Below are positions 12,727-22,685 of a stretch of 64,000 bases of DNA, piece by piece. Source of the stretch: an uncultured Gemmatimonadaceae bacterium (GTDB lineage: Bacteria; Gemmatimonadota; Gemmatimonadetes; Gemmatimonadales; Gemmatimonadaceae); the NCBI GenBank assembly GCA_963740355.1, contig CAVUDW010000003.1, positions 2,112,001 to 2,176,000 on the forward strand. The letters run 5' to 3'. Each line of letters begins with the position of its first letter. Within the stretch, counting starts at the first letter, position 1. The notes beneath the pieces were generated by a model. It was not told the DNA's origin, ran no database searches, and saw only the letters and a list, made by a program, of their open reading frames with translations. The translations under genes were made by a program, and so were the position numbers.

Positions 12727-13098
12727 TCAGATGAGCCGGTTGATCCGGAAGAACGTGACAAAAAGCGCGACGGCGAGGAGTACAATGCCATCCAGACCAT
12801 AGACCAGCCAGTGCGCCACCGTACTAGAATAGCGGCCGGTGAGAGCGAGAATGCTCAGCAGGCAGATGAGGATCGCAGCGAAGGGCAGCAACTGATCGCT
12901 GATGTACCAGGTCATGCCTTTCTGGATCATCACAGTCCAGCGCAATACCCAGTAGCCGAGCACACAGGCAGCTGTGGCCAGGTTGAGCCAGATGATGGGG
13001 GCGACGCTTGGCGGACGACGGCGAACCAGCAGCCCGACGGTCGCATAGATCACCAGCCCGAGCCACGCAAAAATGGCCGGTGAGGAGATTCGGTTCAT
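12727..13098 (-). CDS. Small 4-TM membrane protein
   Basis: Four hydrophobic segments from ATG 13098. Confidence 0.7.
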   Translation of the reverse strand: MNRISSPAIFAWLGLVIYATVGLLVRRRPPSVAPIIWLNLATAACVLGYWVLRWTVMIQKGMTWYISDQLLPFAAILICLLSILALTGRYSSTVAHWLVYGLDGIVLLAVALFVTFFRINRLI

Positions 13099-13177
13099 GG
13101 CTGCGCGTGAGTAAGGGAAGACCCGAGCGTTCCGGGCCGGTGCCCGCAGGGTCGCCCTCCGACTCATGAGCTAAGCC

Positions 13178-13987
13178 ATGCCGACCATCACTTCGAACTG
13201 CACTCATCGTAATGCCCTGCGCAGCGCGCAGGTCGCACTGGCCACCGTTGGTGTCGCGCTGCTGGCCGCATGCGGCGGCGGAGGCGGCGGTGACAACAAC
13301 GGCGGGACCCCGCCGGGCGCCCAGCAGGTGCAGGTGGGGCAGAATCTCGACGGACAGCCGGCCAACAGCGGTGTCCGTTGCATCGACGGCGTGCCGGCAC
13401 AGACCCCTGCCTACCAGGGATTCTTCTTCCAGCCGAGTTCATTCCAGCCGTTCCTGAACGCCAATTCGTGCACAATGATCACGTTCTTTGACGGGGCGCA
13501 GGTCCCCACCCGAGGCACGGTGGTGGCGGCGAACATCAAGGTGGGGGCCGTGACGGGCCCGATGCGCTTCGTGCGGGCGAGGGTGTTGTTCAAGCGCGGC
13601 ATCGGCTCCGATACCACGGCCTGCTGCTCAGTGGAACAGGTCGGCCCGACCTTTACCCCGACGCCGAACAGCGTCACGACCGTGCCGCTCAACTTCCCGA
13701 TGACGCACGATCCGATTCCGGCGCAGAACAACTTTACTGCGATTGCGGCGCAGGATCTGGTGGCCCTCGAAGTACTGGCCCCGAACGTCCCGATCCCGGG
13801 AACGTGGGTGAACAACTTCAGCGGCAACCTCGTGCAGGCGAACTATGTCTACTGGCCGGCCTTCACACTCAATCCGAACAACGCCGGCCAGAACAAGCGC
13901 GCAAACGCCGGCTTCAGTGGCTTCATGCCATCGTACAACCTGAACTTCGTGGCATCGGCGGTCGCAGGCCGAATCGTCGAGCCGTAG
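13178..13987 (+). CDS. Hypothetical lipoprotein
   Basis: Lipobox LLAAC followed by a Gly linker; beta-rich body; typical coding codon bias. Confidence 0.75.
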   Translation: MPTITSNCTHRNALRSAQVALATVGVALLAACGGGGGGDNNGGTPPGAQQVQVGQNLDGQPANSGVRCIDGVPAQTPAYQGFFFQPSSFQPFLNANSCTMITFFDGAQVPTRGTVVAANIKVGAVTGPMRFVRARVLFKRGIGSDTTACCSVEQVGPTFTPTPNSVTTVPLNFPMTHDPIPAQNNFTAIAAQDLVALEVLAPNVPIPGTWVNNFSGNLVQANYVYWPAFTLNPNNAGQNKRANAGFSGFMPSYNLNFVASAVAGRIVEP

Positions 13988-13999
13988 AATCTCGCTAGG

Positions 14000-14052
14000 G
14001 ACAGAGAAAGGCCGGCGATCGGAGGCATCCCGATCGCCGGCCTTTCTCTGTC
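14000..14052. terminator. 23-bp perfect inverted repeat between convergent genes (bidirectional terminator)
   Basis: GACAGAGAAAGGCCGGCGATCGG-7 nt-CCGATCGCCGGCCTTTCTCTGTC. Confidence 0.8.
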
Positions 14053-14094
14053 GCCGCCGTGTATCAGGGCGGCCACAGGCGCATTTCCTGCGCA

Positions 14095-14778
14095 CTACTT
14101 CGAGACGTACAGCTCCGGCAGACGACGCTTCAGCAATTCCAGCTTCGGCATGTCGTTGATCACGATGTAGGCCTGGTTCGGATGCAACGCGAGGTAATTC
14201 TGGTGGTACGCCTCGGCCGCATAGAACGCCTTCAGCGGCTCGAGCGTGGTGACGATCGGCCGGCGGTAGGTGCCAGCCTTCGTCATTTCAGCGATGTACG
14301 CCGCAGCGGCAGTACGCTGCGCATCATTGGCGTAGAAAACCGTGGACCGGTACTGCGTGCCAACATCCGGGCCCTGCCGATTGAGCTCGGTCGGATCGTG
14401 CGCCACGGTGAAGAACACCTTCAGCAACGTGCCATACGACACCACCGCGGGATCGTAGGTGACTTCGACCGACTCAGCGTGACCGGTGTTCCCGCTGCCG
14501 ACCTCCTCGTACATCGCCGTCTCCTTCGCGCCGCCAGCATACCCGGAGACGACGCCGGTCACGCCTTTCACGTGCTTGAACACGGCATCAACGCCCCAGA
14601 AGCAGCCACCCGCAAACACGGCCGTCTGCGTGCCAGCTGTGAGGGTCGGAACGTCAGCCGCCGGTTCGGGAAGCACGGTGTCAGCCGTCGCGGCGGCGGC
14701 CGTCGAGGAACATGCCATTGCCAGCGCCAGCGGAACGGCACGCAACGACCGAGCGAGGGAGCGAATCATCGGAGTCAT
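14095..14778 (-). CDS. msrA: Peptide-methionine (S)-S-oxide reductase, exported (lipoprotein-like signal)
   Basis: GGCFWG, SGYAGG, TGHAE, HDPTELNRQGPDVGTQYRS, AEAYHQNY; N-terminal LAMAC. Confidence 0.93.
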   Translation of the reverse strand: MTPMIRSLARSLRAVPLALAMACSSTAAAATADTVLPEPAADVPTLTAGTQTAVFAGGCFWGVDAVFKHVKGVTGVVSGYAGGAKETAMYEEVGSGNTGHAESVEVTYDPAVVSYGTLLKVFFTVAHDPTELNRQGPDVGTQYRSTVFYANDAQRTAAAAYIAEMTKAGTYRRPIVTTLEPLKAFYAAEAYHQNYLALHPNQAYIVINDMPKLELLKRRLPELYVSK

Positions 14779-14894
14779 GGGAAGCACGGGTTGTGGCGGG
14801 GGGAGCAGGTACGCCGCCGGTCACACACTCTATACGGCAGCGCACGATGTTGTTCCCGTCCGCGATCCCGCGCGGCGGCGGCTCCAGCGATTCG

Positions 14895-16154
14895 CTACTG
14901 CGCCGACGGCTGCACGATCTTCCCGATGAAGAGAATCGTCCTCGTCAGGCGGTCGCGGATCACGAAGAGGAAGGGCCGATCGACGATGAAGGCGGTTGGC
15001 GGGCCAAGCGAAGTTACGACAACTCCGATCGAGGTCACGGCAGCGGCCTCGGTGCCCTCCTCGTTCACGTCCACGTACACCTTCTGCCGCACTTCACTCA
15101 CCGCCAGACCGGTCGTTGGCGCGGCGAACATCGGTGCCAATTGCGCATCGAAGAACGGGCGCGACATGCCGAGCGCCACCAGGCCCTGGTTCAGCGTCCG
15201 TGATGTTTCGAGGCGAAACTTCGGCAGCTGTATCAGGAGTGATACGCTGCTGTCCGGAAGCCTCGCCAGCATCGCATCCCATCGAGCCGGCGTCAGCGAA
15301 TCGATCATCGATTCGAGCTTCCCCACCGGTGGCACCACGATGTCCATCACGAAGGCGTCGCCGCCATAGGGCAACTCGCCGATCGCCGTGCCGTCTGGCA
15401 ACACCCCTGCGCGCACGAGTCCCTTCTGCGTGACCATCGTCGGCACTTGTATCGATCGTGCGGACGAGACGGTGAATGGCAGTGTCCGGGTATCGCTGGG
15501 ATTGAACTGCGAGCGCCACTTGCCCTTGAAGTAGGTCGCATTCACCAGCAGGACGATCTCGCCATTGAAGTTGGTGACGATCTTCTTGATCTTCGCGTTC
15601 GTGGCTGCTGATACCCAGTCGTTGATCGTGGTGATGGTCGATGGCGCACCAAATGACAGCGACGTCACCTTGGCGCCGAACACATCCCCGACGCTCTGCT
15701 TGAATCCGGCGGATGGCGGTACGCTGAGATCGAACCAGGCCGCATTGGCGAACGTCATCTTCACCGACGGGTCGAGCGTCGAGAGCAGCGGAATGAGCGC
15801 CTTGTACGCGGCGTTCACTTGCGACACAGGCCGATCACCAAAGCCGATCGTGCGTCGCACCTGATCCAGCGTTTCGCCCTCGGCTCCGTTCATCAGCATG
15901 CCGAGCGCGAGCGACGCAGAAATGGGCGAGAGTGCAAGGCTGCTGTCGCGCGCCGAGAGCGCGTTCACGGAACGGAACAGCGAGAGCCCGAACTCGGTCG
16001 TGGCAGTCGCGGCCAGTTGCTCATCACCGCTCAGCGCCCGTGGCAACGACCTGATCACCGGCTGCGCGGCCTGCGAGCCATCGGTTGGGCCAACACAACT
16101 TGCCAGTACACCAACACCCACCAGCGCCACCAGAATCCGACGTGTCAGTCCCAT
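14895..16154 (-). CDS. Serpin family protease inhibitor, lipoprotein
   Basis: SPISASLAL, LVNATYFKGKW, LPYGG, LPKF, hinge NEEGTEAAAVT, DRPFLFVIRD; lipobox VLASC after ATG 16154. Confidence 0.93.
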   Translation of the reverse strand: MGLTRRILVALVGVGVLASCVGPTDGSQAAQPVIRSLPRALSGDEQLAATATTEFGLSLFRSVNALSARDSSLALSPISASLALGMLMNGAEGETLDQVRRTIGFGDRPVSQVNAAYKALIPLLSTLDPSVKMTFANAAWFDLSVPPSAGFKQSVGDVFGAKVTSLSFGAPSTITTINDWVSAATNAKIKKIVTNFNGEIVLLVNATYFKGKWRSQFNPSDTRTLPFTVSSARSIQVPTMVTQKGLVRAGVLPDGTAIGELPYGGDAFVMDIVVPPVGKLESMIDSLTPARWDAMLARLPDSSVSLLIQLPKFRLETSRTLNQGLVALGMSRPFFDAQLAPMFAAPTTGLAVSEVRQKVYVDVNEEGTEAAAVTSIGVVVTSLGPPTAFIVDRPFLFVIRDRLTRTILFIGKIVQPSAQ

Positions 16155-16265
16155 CTCGCACTCCCTGCCCGAGGTCCCCGTGCGGTCGCGAGCGATTTCC
16201 GCTGACCGATCACTCCTCGGATACTTCCTGACACCAATCCCGGTCACGGCGCCTTGCGCACAGGG

Positions 16266-16706
16266 TCAGCGGAGCCGACGTCCCAGCAGCAGCGCCGCGG
16301 CCACGAGGATCACGCCGAGCACGGGCGAGAATAGCGTCCATGTCGACCCGTCGATGTCGCGCGACGCCCACGTCAATGCCTGCGTTGCAAGCAGCGGACC
16401 GATGAAGCCCGCACCGTACACCAAGCCGCGCAAACCAACGCGATGCGCTGGTGTTTCACCGCGACGCAAAGCCAGCACCGAGTACCGCGCGCCAAAAATC
16501 AGCCCCGCTGCCGCGAGCAGGTTGACCACAAGGTCGATCCCAGCGTTCACCGTTGCCTGCGTGATGAAGCGATCAAAGAGACCCAGCAGCAGAGCGGCTC
16601 CAATACCGATGATCCAGGGACGGACGATACCGCGAGCGGCACCACCAACAGCAAGCGGGTGCGGGATACGTGCCGCTGGCGAGTTTTCGAACGAAGTGAG
16701 AGTCAT
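16266..16706 (-). CDS. Small 4-TM membrane protein
   Basis: Hydrophobic segments; co-oriented 10 bp after the upstream oxidase. Confidence 0.6.
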   Translation of the reverse strand: MTLTSFENSPAARIPHPLAVGGAARGIVRPWIIGIGAALLLGLFDRFITQATVNAGIDLVVNLLAAAGLIFGARYSVLALRRGETPAHRVGLRGLVYGAGFIGPLLATQALTWASRDIDGSTWTLFSPVLGVILVAAALLLGRRLR

Positions 16707-16715
16707 ACCAAACGA

Positions 16716-17852
16716 CTACACCACAGACAGCTGCCTGACGTCGTCGAGGGTGGCGCATCCCGCCAATGCCATCGAAAGGGACAGGTCGTCGCGCAGCAGG
16801 GTGAGTACGCGCACCACGCCGCGTTCCCCATCCACCGCCAGCCCCCACAGGTACGGACGACCGATGAGCACGGCGCGCGCACCGAGCGCCAACGCCTTCA
16901 ATACATCAGTGCCGCGGCGGATCCCACCATCGACGAACACTTCCGCCGCATCACCGACCGCGTCCACGATCGGCTCCAGTGCATCACACGAGGACACCGC
17001 GGTGTCCAACTGCCGCCCGCCATGATTCGACACGCCAATGCCACGCGCACCATTCGCGACGCACAGCCTGGCATCCTCCGGCGCCAGCACACCCTTCACC
17101 ACCACCGGCAACGTCGTGATGCTCACCAGCCACTGCAGCCCTTCCCAGGTCAGGCCCGGATCGAACTGGTCGTTGATGTACTTGAGCAGTGCCGACCCGT
17201 CAGCCGAATTCTCGATCGCGTGATCGAAGTTCGCGGCGCGCACATGCGGCGGCACCTGAAAGCCATTGCGCAGGTCGCGCTCGCGATTGCCGGGGCGCTG
17301 CACATCGACGGTGAGGCAGATGGCGGTGTAGCCAGCGTCTTCTGCCCGTCGCACGAGGTCGCGCGTGATCTCCCGATCGCGGTACACGTAGAGTTGAAAC
17401 CAGCGCGGGGCAGGTGCGGCGGCGGCGACCTCGTCGAGCGGATATGAGCTGAGGGTGCTCAACACCTGGCCCATGCCGAGCGTGGAAACGGCACGCGCCA
17501 CAGCCAGTTCACCGTCCGGATGCGCGAGCCGATTCAGCGCACACGGCGCCGTCAGAATTGGTGACGCGAGAGGCTGCCCGAGCACCGTCGTGGCCAGCTC
17601 GCACGATGAGACATCCACCAAAACCCGCGGCAGGAGTCGCAGCCGCTGCCACGCCGCCTCGTTCTCGCGAACGGTAATCTCATCCCCGGCTGCGCCGGCG
17701 TAATAGTCGTACACCGACTGCGTCAGGCACTCACGGGCATGTGCCTCGTAATCGCGCGGATTGAGCAGGACGGCCATCGGTCGCGGGGCAGAGGAAGTCG
17801 GACTTGTGACAGCGCGCGAAACTTCGTTCGGATCGAGTCTATCCGCTGTCAC
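16716..17852 (-). CDS. FMN-dependent alpha-hydroxy acid oxidase/dehydrogenase
   Basis: LLPRVLVDVS, WFQLYV, VSNHGGRQLD, DGGIRRGTDVLKALALGA; true start may be ATG 17777. Confidence 0.92.
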   Translation of the reverse strand: MTADRLDPNEVSRAVTSPTSSAPRPMAVLLNPRDYEAHARECLTQSVYDYYAGAAGDEITVRENEAAWQRLRLLPRVLVDVSSCELATTVLGQPLASPILTAPCALNRLAHPDGELAVARAVSTLGMGQVLSTLSSYPLDEVAAAAPAPRWFQLYVYRDREITRDLVRRAEDAGYTAICLTVDVQRPGNRERDLRNGFQVPPHVRAANFDHAIENSADGSALLKYINDQFDPGLTWEGLQWLVSITTLPVVVKGVLAPEDARLCVANGARGIGVSNHGGRQLDTAVSSCDALEPIVDAVGDAAEVFVDGGIRRGTDVLKALALGARAVLIGRPYLWGLAVDGERGVVRVLTLLRDDLSLSMALAGCATLDDVRQLSVV

Positions 17853-17979
17853 AGACGCGGTGAAGCGGCTCGTCGCTGGCCGGCAGGCGTCATCGGCCGC
17901 TTGCGTTCACGGTGCCCACACCCCATCTGTGCAAGCCAACCGCTGCGCCTTTCGACCGTCGCCCCTCGCATCGCTTCCT

Positions 17980-18684
17980 GTGCCAGCTCGCCGCGTCGCA
18001 ACTCACGACGTCTCATCAGCCGTCGCCTGGCTCAAACGGCATGCCACGAAGGCCACCCGGGACGGGATGGCGCGATTCGCCATCCCGTCTGACCACGCCC
18101 TCGGTGTCACGATGAGCCAGTTGAAGCTCCTGGCGAAGGAGATCGGCCGTGATCATGCGCTGGCCGACGGCCTGTGGAACACCGGGATCTACGAAGCGCG
18201 CATGACTGCCGCACTGATCGACGACCCGGCGCAAGTGACGTCGGCCCAGATGGATCGCTGGTGCCGCGATTTCGATAACTGGGGTATCGCCGACACGGTC
18301 TGCTTCGCGCTCTTCGATCGGACCGAACATCGGTGGGCCAAGGTGCCGAAATGGGCCGCGAAACAGGCGGAGTTCCAGAAGCGCGCGGGCTTCGCACTGC
18401 TCTGGGGCCTCACCACGCACGACAAGACCGCACCCAACGCACACTATCTCAATGGACTGGCACTGATAGAGCGTGCCGCCACCGACGATCGTCACTTCGT
18501 GAAGAAGGCCGTCAACATGGCGCTACGCGCGGTTGGCAAGCGCAATCGCGCGCTGAACGCCGCCGCGGTGACCGTCGCGACACGACTGGCCGCATCCGAG
18601 CATGCCAGCGCACGTTGGATCGGTAAGGATGCGCTGCGCGAGTTGACGGGACCGGTCGTGGCGCGACGGATCGCAAAACGCTGA
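17980..18684 (+). CDS. DNA alkylation repair protein (AlkD-like HEAT repeat)
   Basis: GRDHALADGLWNTGIYEAR, DFDNWGIADTVC, DDRHFVKKAVNMALRAVGKRN; start GTG 17980 approximate. Confidence 0.85.
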   Translation: MPARRVATHDVSSAVAWLKRHATKATRDGMARFAIPSDHALGVTMSQLKLLAKEIGRDHALADGLWNTGIYEARMTAALIDDPAQVTSAQMDRWCRDFDNWGIADTVCFALFDRTEHRWAKVPKWAAKQAEFQKRAGFALLWGLTTHDKTAPNAHYLNGLALIERAATDDRHFVKKAVNMALRAVGKRNRALNAAAVTVATRLAASEHASARWIGKDALRELTGPVVARRIAKR

Positions 18685-18695
18685 ACCGCTCGACG

Positions 18696-19853
18696 CTACG
18701 CCGCCCGCTTTCGGTATTGACCAACCGCGAGGGACAGGATCGCCAAGCCGAGAATCGCCAGTGCCACCAGCTCGTGCCAGACATCTACCACACCCGCACC
18801 GCGCAGCAGCACCGCCCGAACCAGTGCAATGAAGTGCATCATCGGGTTGACCTGCGCAACGATCTGCACCCATTGCGGCATGGCGCGGATCGGCGTGAAC
18901 AGGCCACTCATCAGCACGTAGACCATCAGCAGCGAGAAGGTCACGAACAGCGCCTGCTGCTGCGTCTCGGAGATGGTCGACACCCAGAGCCCGATGCCCA
19001 GCGCCGCCAACAGGAACAACGACGCGCCGGCGTACAGCAACCAGACGCTGCCGACCACCGGTACGTGAAAGATCGCGACGGCGATCACCAGGCCGAGCGT
19101 GAACTCCAGCAGGCCGATCACCCAGAGCGGCAGGAGCTTCGCGGCAATGAAGACCGCCGGCGTGACCGGGGTGACGTTGAGCGAGTCCAGCGTGCCCGCT
19201 TCCTTCTCACGCACGATGTTGAGCGCGGTCATCAGCGTCCCGACAATCGTGATCAGCTGCACCAGGATCCCCGGCACCATGAAGCGCTTGTAGTCCATCG
19301 ACTCGTTGAAGCGCGCGCGCGTCAGCACCTCGATCACCGGCTGCCAGCGTGTCGGCACTGGGAGCGGACCTTCCCCGACTTGACGCGTTGCGCGAGGAGC
19401 CGCGGCGTCCAGTTGCGTTGCAAATCGGCTGATGATCTCGGCCGCGTACGATTGAATCACGCCGGCCTGTGATCCATTCTCGGCGTTCAGCACCAGCTGG
19501 ACTGCGGCCGATCGGTCGCGCGTGATGTCGCGGGCAAAGGAGGACGGAATCACGAGAATCGCATTCGTCGACCCGTCGAGTAGCGCATCCTCACCCTTCG
19601 TCTCGACCATCGACGTTCCGGCGATGGTGAAACGACCACTGGATGTGAAACGATCGACGAGCGCGCGCGATGCCGGCGTGTGATCCTGGTCCACCACCCA
19701 GAGCCGCGAGGTCTTGACCTCGAAGGTCGCCGCGTTCGCCAGCACCATCAGCTGGATCATCGGCATCACGAACAACATCCGAACGATGACCTTGTCGCGT
19801 CGGATCTGGAGGAACTCCTTGCGCAGCAGTACGCGCAGCGCCCGGAGCATCAT
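18696..19853 (-). CDS. ABC-2 transporter permease (YbhR-like)
   Basis: LLRKEFLQIRRD start; IVREKEAGTLDSLNVTP; ETQQQA; SGLFTPIRAMP. Confidence 0.9.
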   Translation of the reverse strand: MMLRALRVLLRKEFLQIRRDKVIVRMLFVMPMIQLMVLANAATFEVKTSRLWVVDQDHTPASRALVDRFTSSGRFTIAGTSMVETKGEDALLDGSTNAILVIPSSFARDITRDRSAAVQLVLNAENGSQAGVIQSYAAEIISRFATQLDAAAPRATRQVGEGPLPVPTRWQPVIEVLTRARFNESMDYKRFMVPGILVQLITIVGTLMTALNIVREKEAGTLDSLNVTPVTPAVFIAAKLLPLWVIGLLEFTLGLVIAVAIFHVPVVGSVWLLYAGASLFLLAALGIGLWVSTISETQQQALFVTFSLLMVYVLMSGLFTPIRAMPQWVQIVAQVNPMMHFIALVRAVLLRGAGVVDVWHELVALAILGLAILSLAVGQYRKRAA

Positions 19854-20974
19854 GCCAACCGCACCGATGTCTTGCGCACCGCCAGCAGCAGCAGCGCTGC
19901 CAGCATCACGGTCAGCACGACCAATTGCGGCCAGAGCACCGCAAGCCCGACGCCCTTGAGCATGATGCCGCGCACCACCTCGATGAACCAGCGCGCGGGG
20001 ACGATGTTCGTGACCACCTGCAGCGGACGCGGCATGCTGCTGATCGGAAAGATCAGGCCCGAGAGCATCGTGTTCGGCAGCATCGTGCCGGCCAGCGCGG
20101 CCAGCATCGCCGCCAGCTGCGAGGAGGTGACGGCAGCAATCACCACGCCCAGCGACAGGCCCACGAGCGCGAACAGCATGCTCGACGCCAGCAGCAGCAT
20201 GATGCTCCCTCGAAACGGCACACCGAACACCAGCGACGCCGCCAGCAGCACGCTCACCACGTTGGCCATCGCCAGCACGAGGTAGGGCAGCACCTTGCCG
20301 ATGATGATCTGCCATGGGTGCAGCGGCGAGACGAGCAGCACTTCGAACGTGCCGCGCTCCTTCTCCCGCGACAGCGAGATTGCCGTCATCAGCGTCGTCA
20401 CCATCGTCAGGATCAACGCGATCAGCCCTGGCACGAACAGGTTCACACTCTCGAGCGTCGGGTTGAATCGCATGCGCGTCCGGGCCTCGACGCGCACCGC
20501 ACCCACGCCGACGCCGAGCCCCGCGCGCCAATCGCGCACCACTGCGGCGGCGTAATTCTTCATCGTGGTGCCCGTATTCGGATCCACGGCATCGGCCACC
20601 AGCAGGACCTGAGACGTACTCCCGCTACCCACGCGCGATGCGATCCCAGGCTCGAGCACCACACCCACGTCCACCAATCGGGCCCGGAACAGCGCATCGA
20701 GCTCTTCGCTCCGCGACACATCGGGGAGGACTTCGAAGGTGCCACCGTGCTGAAAGCGCTCACGGAGTGCCCGCGTTGCGTCATCCCGGTGGGCGGTCAC
20801 CAGCACCACCCGAACGGCCTTGATGTCGGTGCGAACGGCAAAACCGAAGAGCAGCAGCTGGGCAATCGGCAGCAGGAGCAGGATCACCAGCGTCTGCCGA
20901 TCGCGCAGCAGGTGGCGGACCTCCTTGCCCATGAACGCCAACAGGGACGCGATGGCGGTGCGTGTGCTGGCCAT
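19850..20974 (-). CDS. ABC-2 transporter permease (YbhS-like)
   Basis: KEVRHLLRD; FVPGLIAL; SREKERGTFEVLLVSP; SGLIFPISSMP. Confidence 0.9.
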   Translation of the reverse strand: MASTRTAIASLLAFMGKEVRHLLRDRQTLVILLLLPIAQLLLFGFAVRTDIKAVRVVLVTAHRDDATRALRERFQHGGTFEVLPDVSRSEELDALFRARLVDVGVVLEPGIASRVGSGSTSQVLLVADAVDPNTGTTMKNYAAAVVRDWRAGLGVGVGAVRVEARTRMRFNPTLESVNLFVPGLIALILTMVTTLMTAISLSREKERGTFEVLLVSPLHPWQIIIGKVLPYLVLAMANVVSVLLAASLVFGVPFRGSIMLLLASSMLFALVGLSLGVVIAAVTSSQLAAMLAALAGTMLPNTMLSGLIFPISSMPRPLQVVTNIVPARWFIEVVRGIMLKGVGLAVLWPQLVVLTVMLAALLLLAVRKTSVRLA

Positions 20975-21744
20975 CAGGCGGCGCCCGCCACGCCAGATCC
21001 ACGCGCCAGCCGCACGAACACATCGTCGAGCGATGCGACGCCGAACTGCGCCTTCATCTCGCCCGGCGTGCCCATCGCGGCAATCCGACCGTCGACCATG
21101 ATCGACAGGCGGTCGCAGTATTCCGCCTCATCGAGGTAGTGCGTCGTGACGAACACGGTCGTGCCGCGCGCCGCAGCAGCGTAGATCAATTCCCAGAACT
21201 GCCGACGCGTGATCGGGTCGACACCGCCTGTGGGTTCGTCGAGGAATACCACTGCCGGCTCGTGCAGCAGCGCCACCGAGAAGGCCAGCTTCTGCTTCCA
21301 GCCGAGCGGGAGCGACCGAACCATCGTCGTGTCCGAGGTGGCGAAATGCAGCTCCTCGAGCAAGCGCGTTCTGCGTGTTGCGATCGTGGCGTCATCGAGG
21401 CCGTAGACTCCGCCATAGAGCTCGATGTTCTCGCGCACCGTCAGGTCATCGTAGAGCGAAAAGCGCTGGCTCATGTAACCGATCCGCGAGCGCACCTCGT
21501 CCGTCTGCGTGCGCACGTCGTAGCCGGCCACCGTCGCCTCACCGTCGCTCGGCGCGAGCAACCCCGTGAGGATCCGAATCGCGGTCGTCTTCCCTGCCCC
21601 ATTGGCGCCGAGGAAGCCGAACACCTCGCCGCGCTTCACCTCGAAGCTGATGCGGTCGACGGCGGTGAAGGTGCCGAAGCGGCGCGTCAGGTTCCGCGCG
21701 GCGATCGCGACCGACGGCGCTGGCGCTGGCGCGGGCGCGCTCAC
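20974..21744 (-). CDS. ABC transporter ATP-binding protein
   Basis: Walker A GANGAGKTT; degenerate signature LPLGWKQ; LDEPTGGVDP. Confidence 0.93.
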   Translation of the reverse strand: MSAPAPAPAPSVAIAARNLTRRFGTFTAVDRISFEVKRGEVFGFLGANGAGKTTAIRILTGLLAPSDGEATVAGYDVRTQTDEVRSRIGYMSQRFSLYDDLTVRENIELYGGVYGLDDATIATRRTRLLEELHFATSDTTMVRSLPLGWKQKLAFSVALLHEPAVVFLDEPTGGVDPITRRQFWELIYAAAARGTTVFVTTHYLDEAEYCDRLSIMVDGRIAAMGTPGEMKAQFGVASLDDVFVRLARGSGVAGAA

Positions 21745-22685
21745 GCCGCCACCACTGACGGTTCGCCCATCAGCTCCATGAACGCATCCTCGATGCCTGG
21801 AGTGATCGGCGCAATCGCGACGCCCGTCAACGGCAGCGTGTCGAGGTGCATTTGCAGCTCGTGCAGTATGCTGTCAGGCGCCAGGTCGAGACGGTTGTCG
21901 CTGAAGTGCACCGTTTCACCGAATGGGTACACCGACGCGGCGTGTGGATACGATCGCAAGGCGCCGAGCAGTGCGGCACGTGGCGCCCCGCGCACTGCCA
22001 GCAGCGCGCGGGGAAAGCGCTGTCCGATGACGCCTGGTGCATCGATAGCCAGCAGGGCGCCACCCTGCATCAATGCAATCCGGTCGCAACGCGCTGCTTC
22101 ATCCATGTATGGCGTCGAGGCAATGATGGTCAGCCCCGACGAGCGCAGTTCGCCGAGCAAGTCCCAGAACTCCCGGCGAGAGACGGCGTCGACACCGGTG
22201 GTTGGCTCGTCGAGCAGGAGCAGCTCCGGCCGATGCACCAAAGCGCAACAGAGGGCCAGCTTCTGCTTCATGCCGCCCGACAGGGCGCCAGCGCGACGAT
22301 CCTTGAAGGGCTCGATCTGCCGGTAGATCGGGTCGATCAGTGCACGGCCTTCCTTGATCGACGTGCCGAACACCGAGGCAAAGAACGAGAGATTCTCCTC
22401 GACGCTGAGATCGGCGTAGAGCGCGAATCGGCCGGGCATGTACCCGACCCGCGAGCGGATCGACCAGAAATCGCGCACGACGTCGCGACCCAGCACGGTG
22501 GCCTCACCGCTGTCCGGCACCAGCAGTGTGGTCAGGATACGAAAGAGGGTCGTCTTGCCCGCGCCATCTGGCCCGACCAATCCGAACAGTTCGCCCGGTG
22601 CAACGTCGAAGCTCACGCCGGCCAGCGCGACCGTCTCGCCGAATCGCTTCGCCACCTGTCGAACGTGCACTGCTGCCGTCGTCAT
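21741..22685 (-). CDS. ABC transporter ATP-binding protein
   Basis: GPDGAGKTT; LSGGMKQKL; LDEPTTGVD. Confidence 0.93.
   Translation of the reverse strand: MTTAAVHVRQVAKRFGETVALAGVSFDVAPGELFGLVGPDGAGKTTLFRILTTLLVPDSGEATVLGRDVVRDFWSIRSRVGYMPGRFALYADLSVEENLSFFASVFGTSIKEGRALIDPIYRQIEPFKDRRAGALSGGMKQKLALCCALVHRPELLLLDEPTTGVDAVSRREFWDLLGELRSSGLTIIASTPYMDEAARCDRIALMQGGALLAIDAPGVIGQRFPRALLAVRGAPRAALLGALRSYPHAASVYPFGETVHFSDNRLDLAPDSILHELQMHLDTLPLTGVAIAPITPGIEDAFMELMGEPSVVAA

Noticed and set aside
19854..20531. N-terminal extension of ORF 18696..20531
   Set aside because: Out-of-frame overlap with the upstream permease; family similarity starts at 19853.
20974..22685. Two adjacent ABC ATPase genes as a frameshifted single gene
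   Set aside because: Both have complete motifs and a normal 4-bp overlap; split versions of this exporter type are common.
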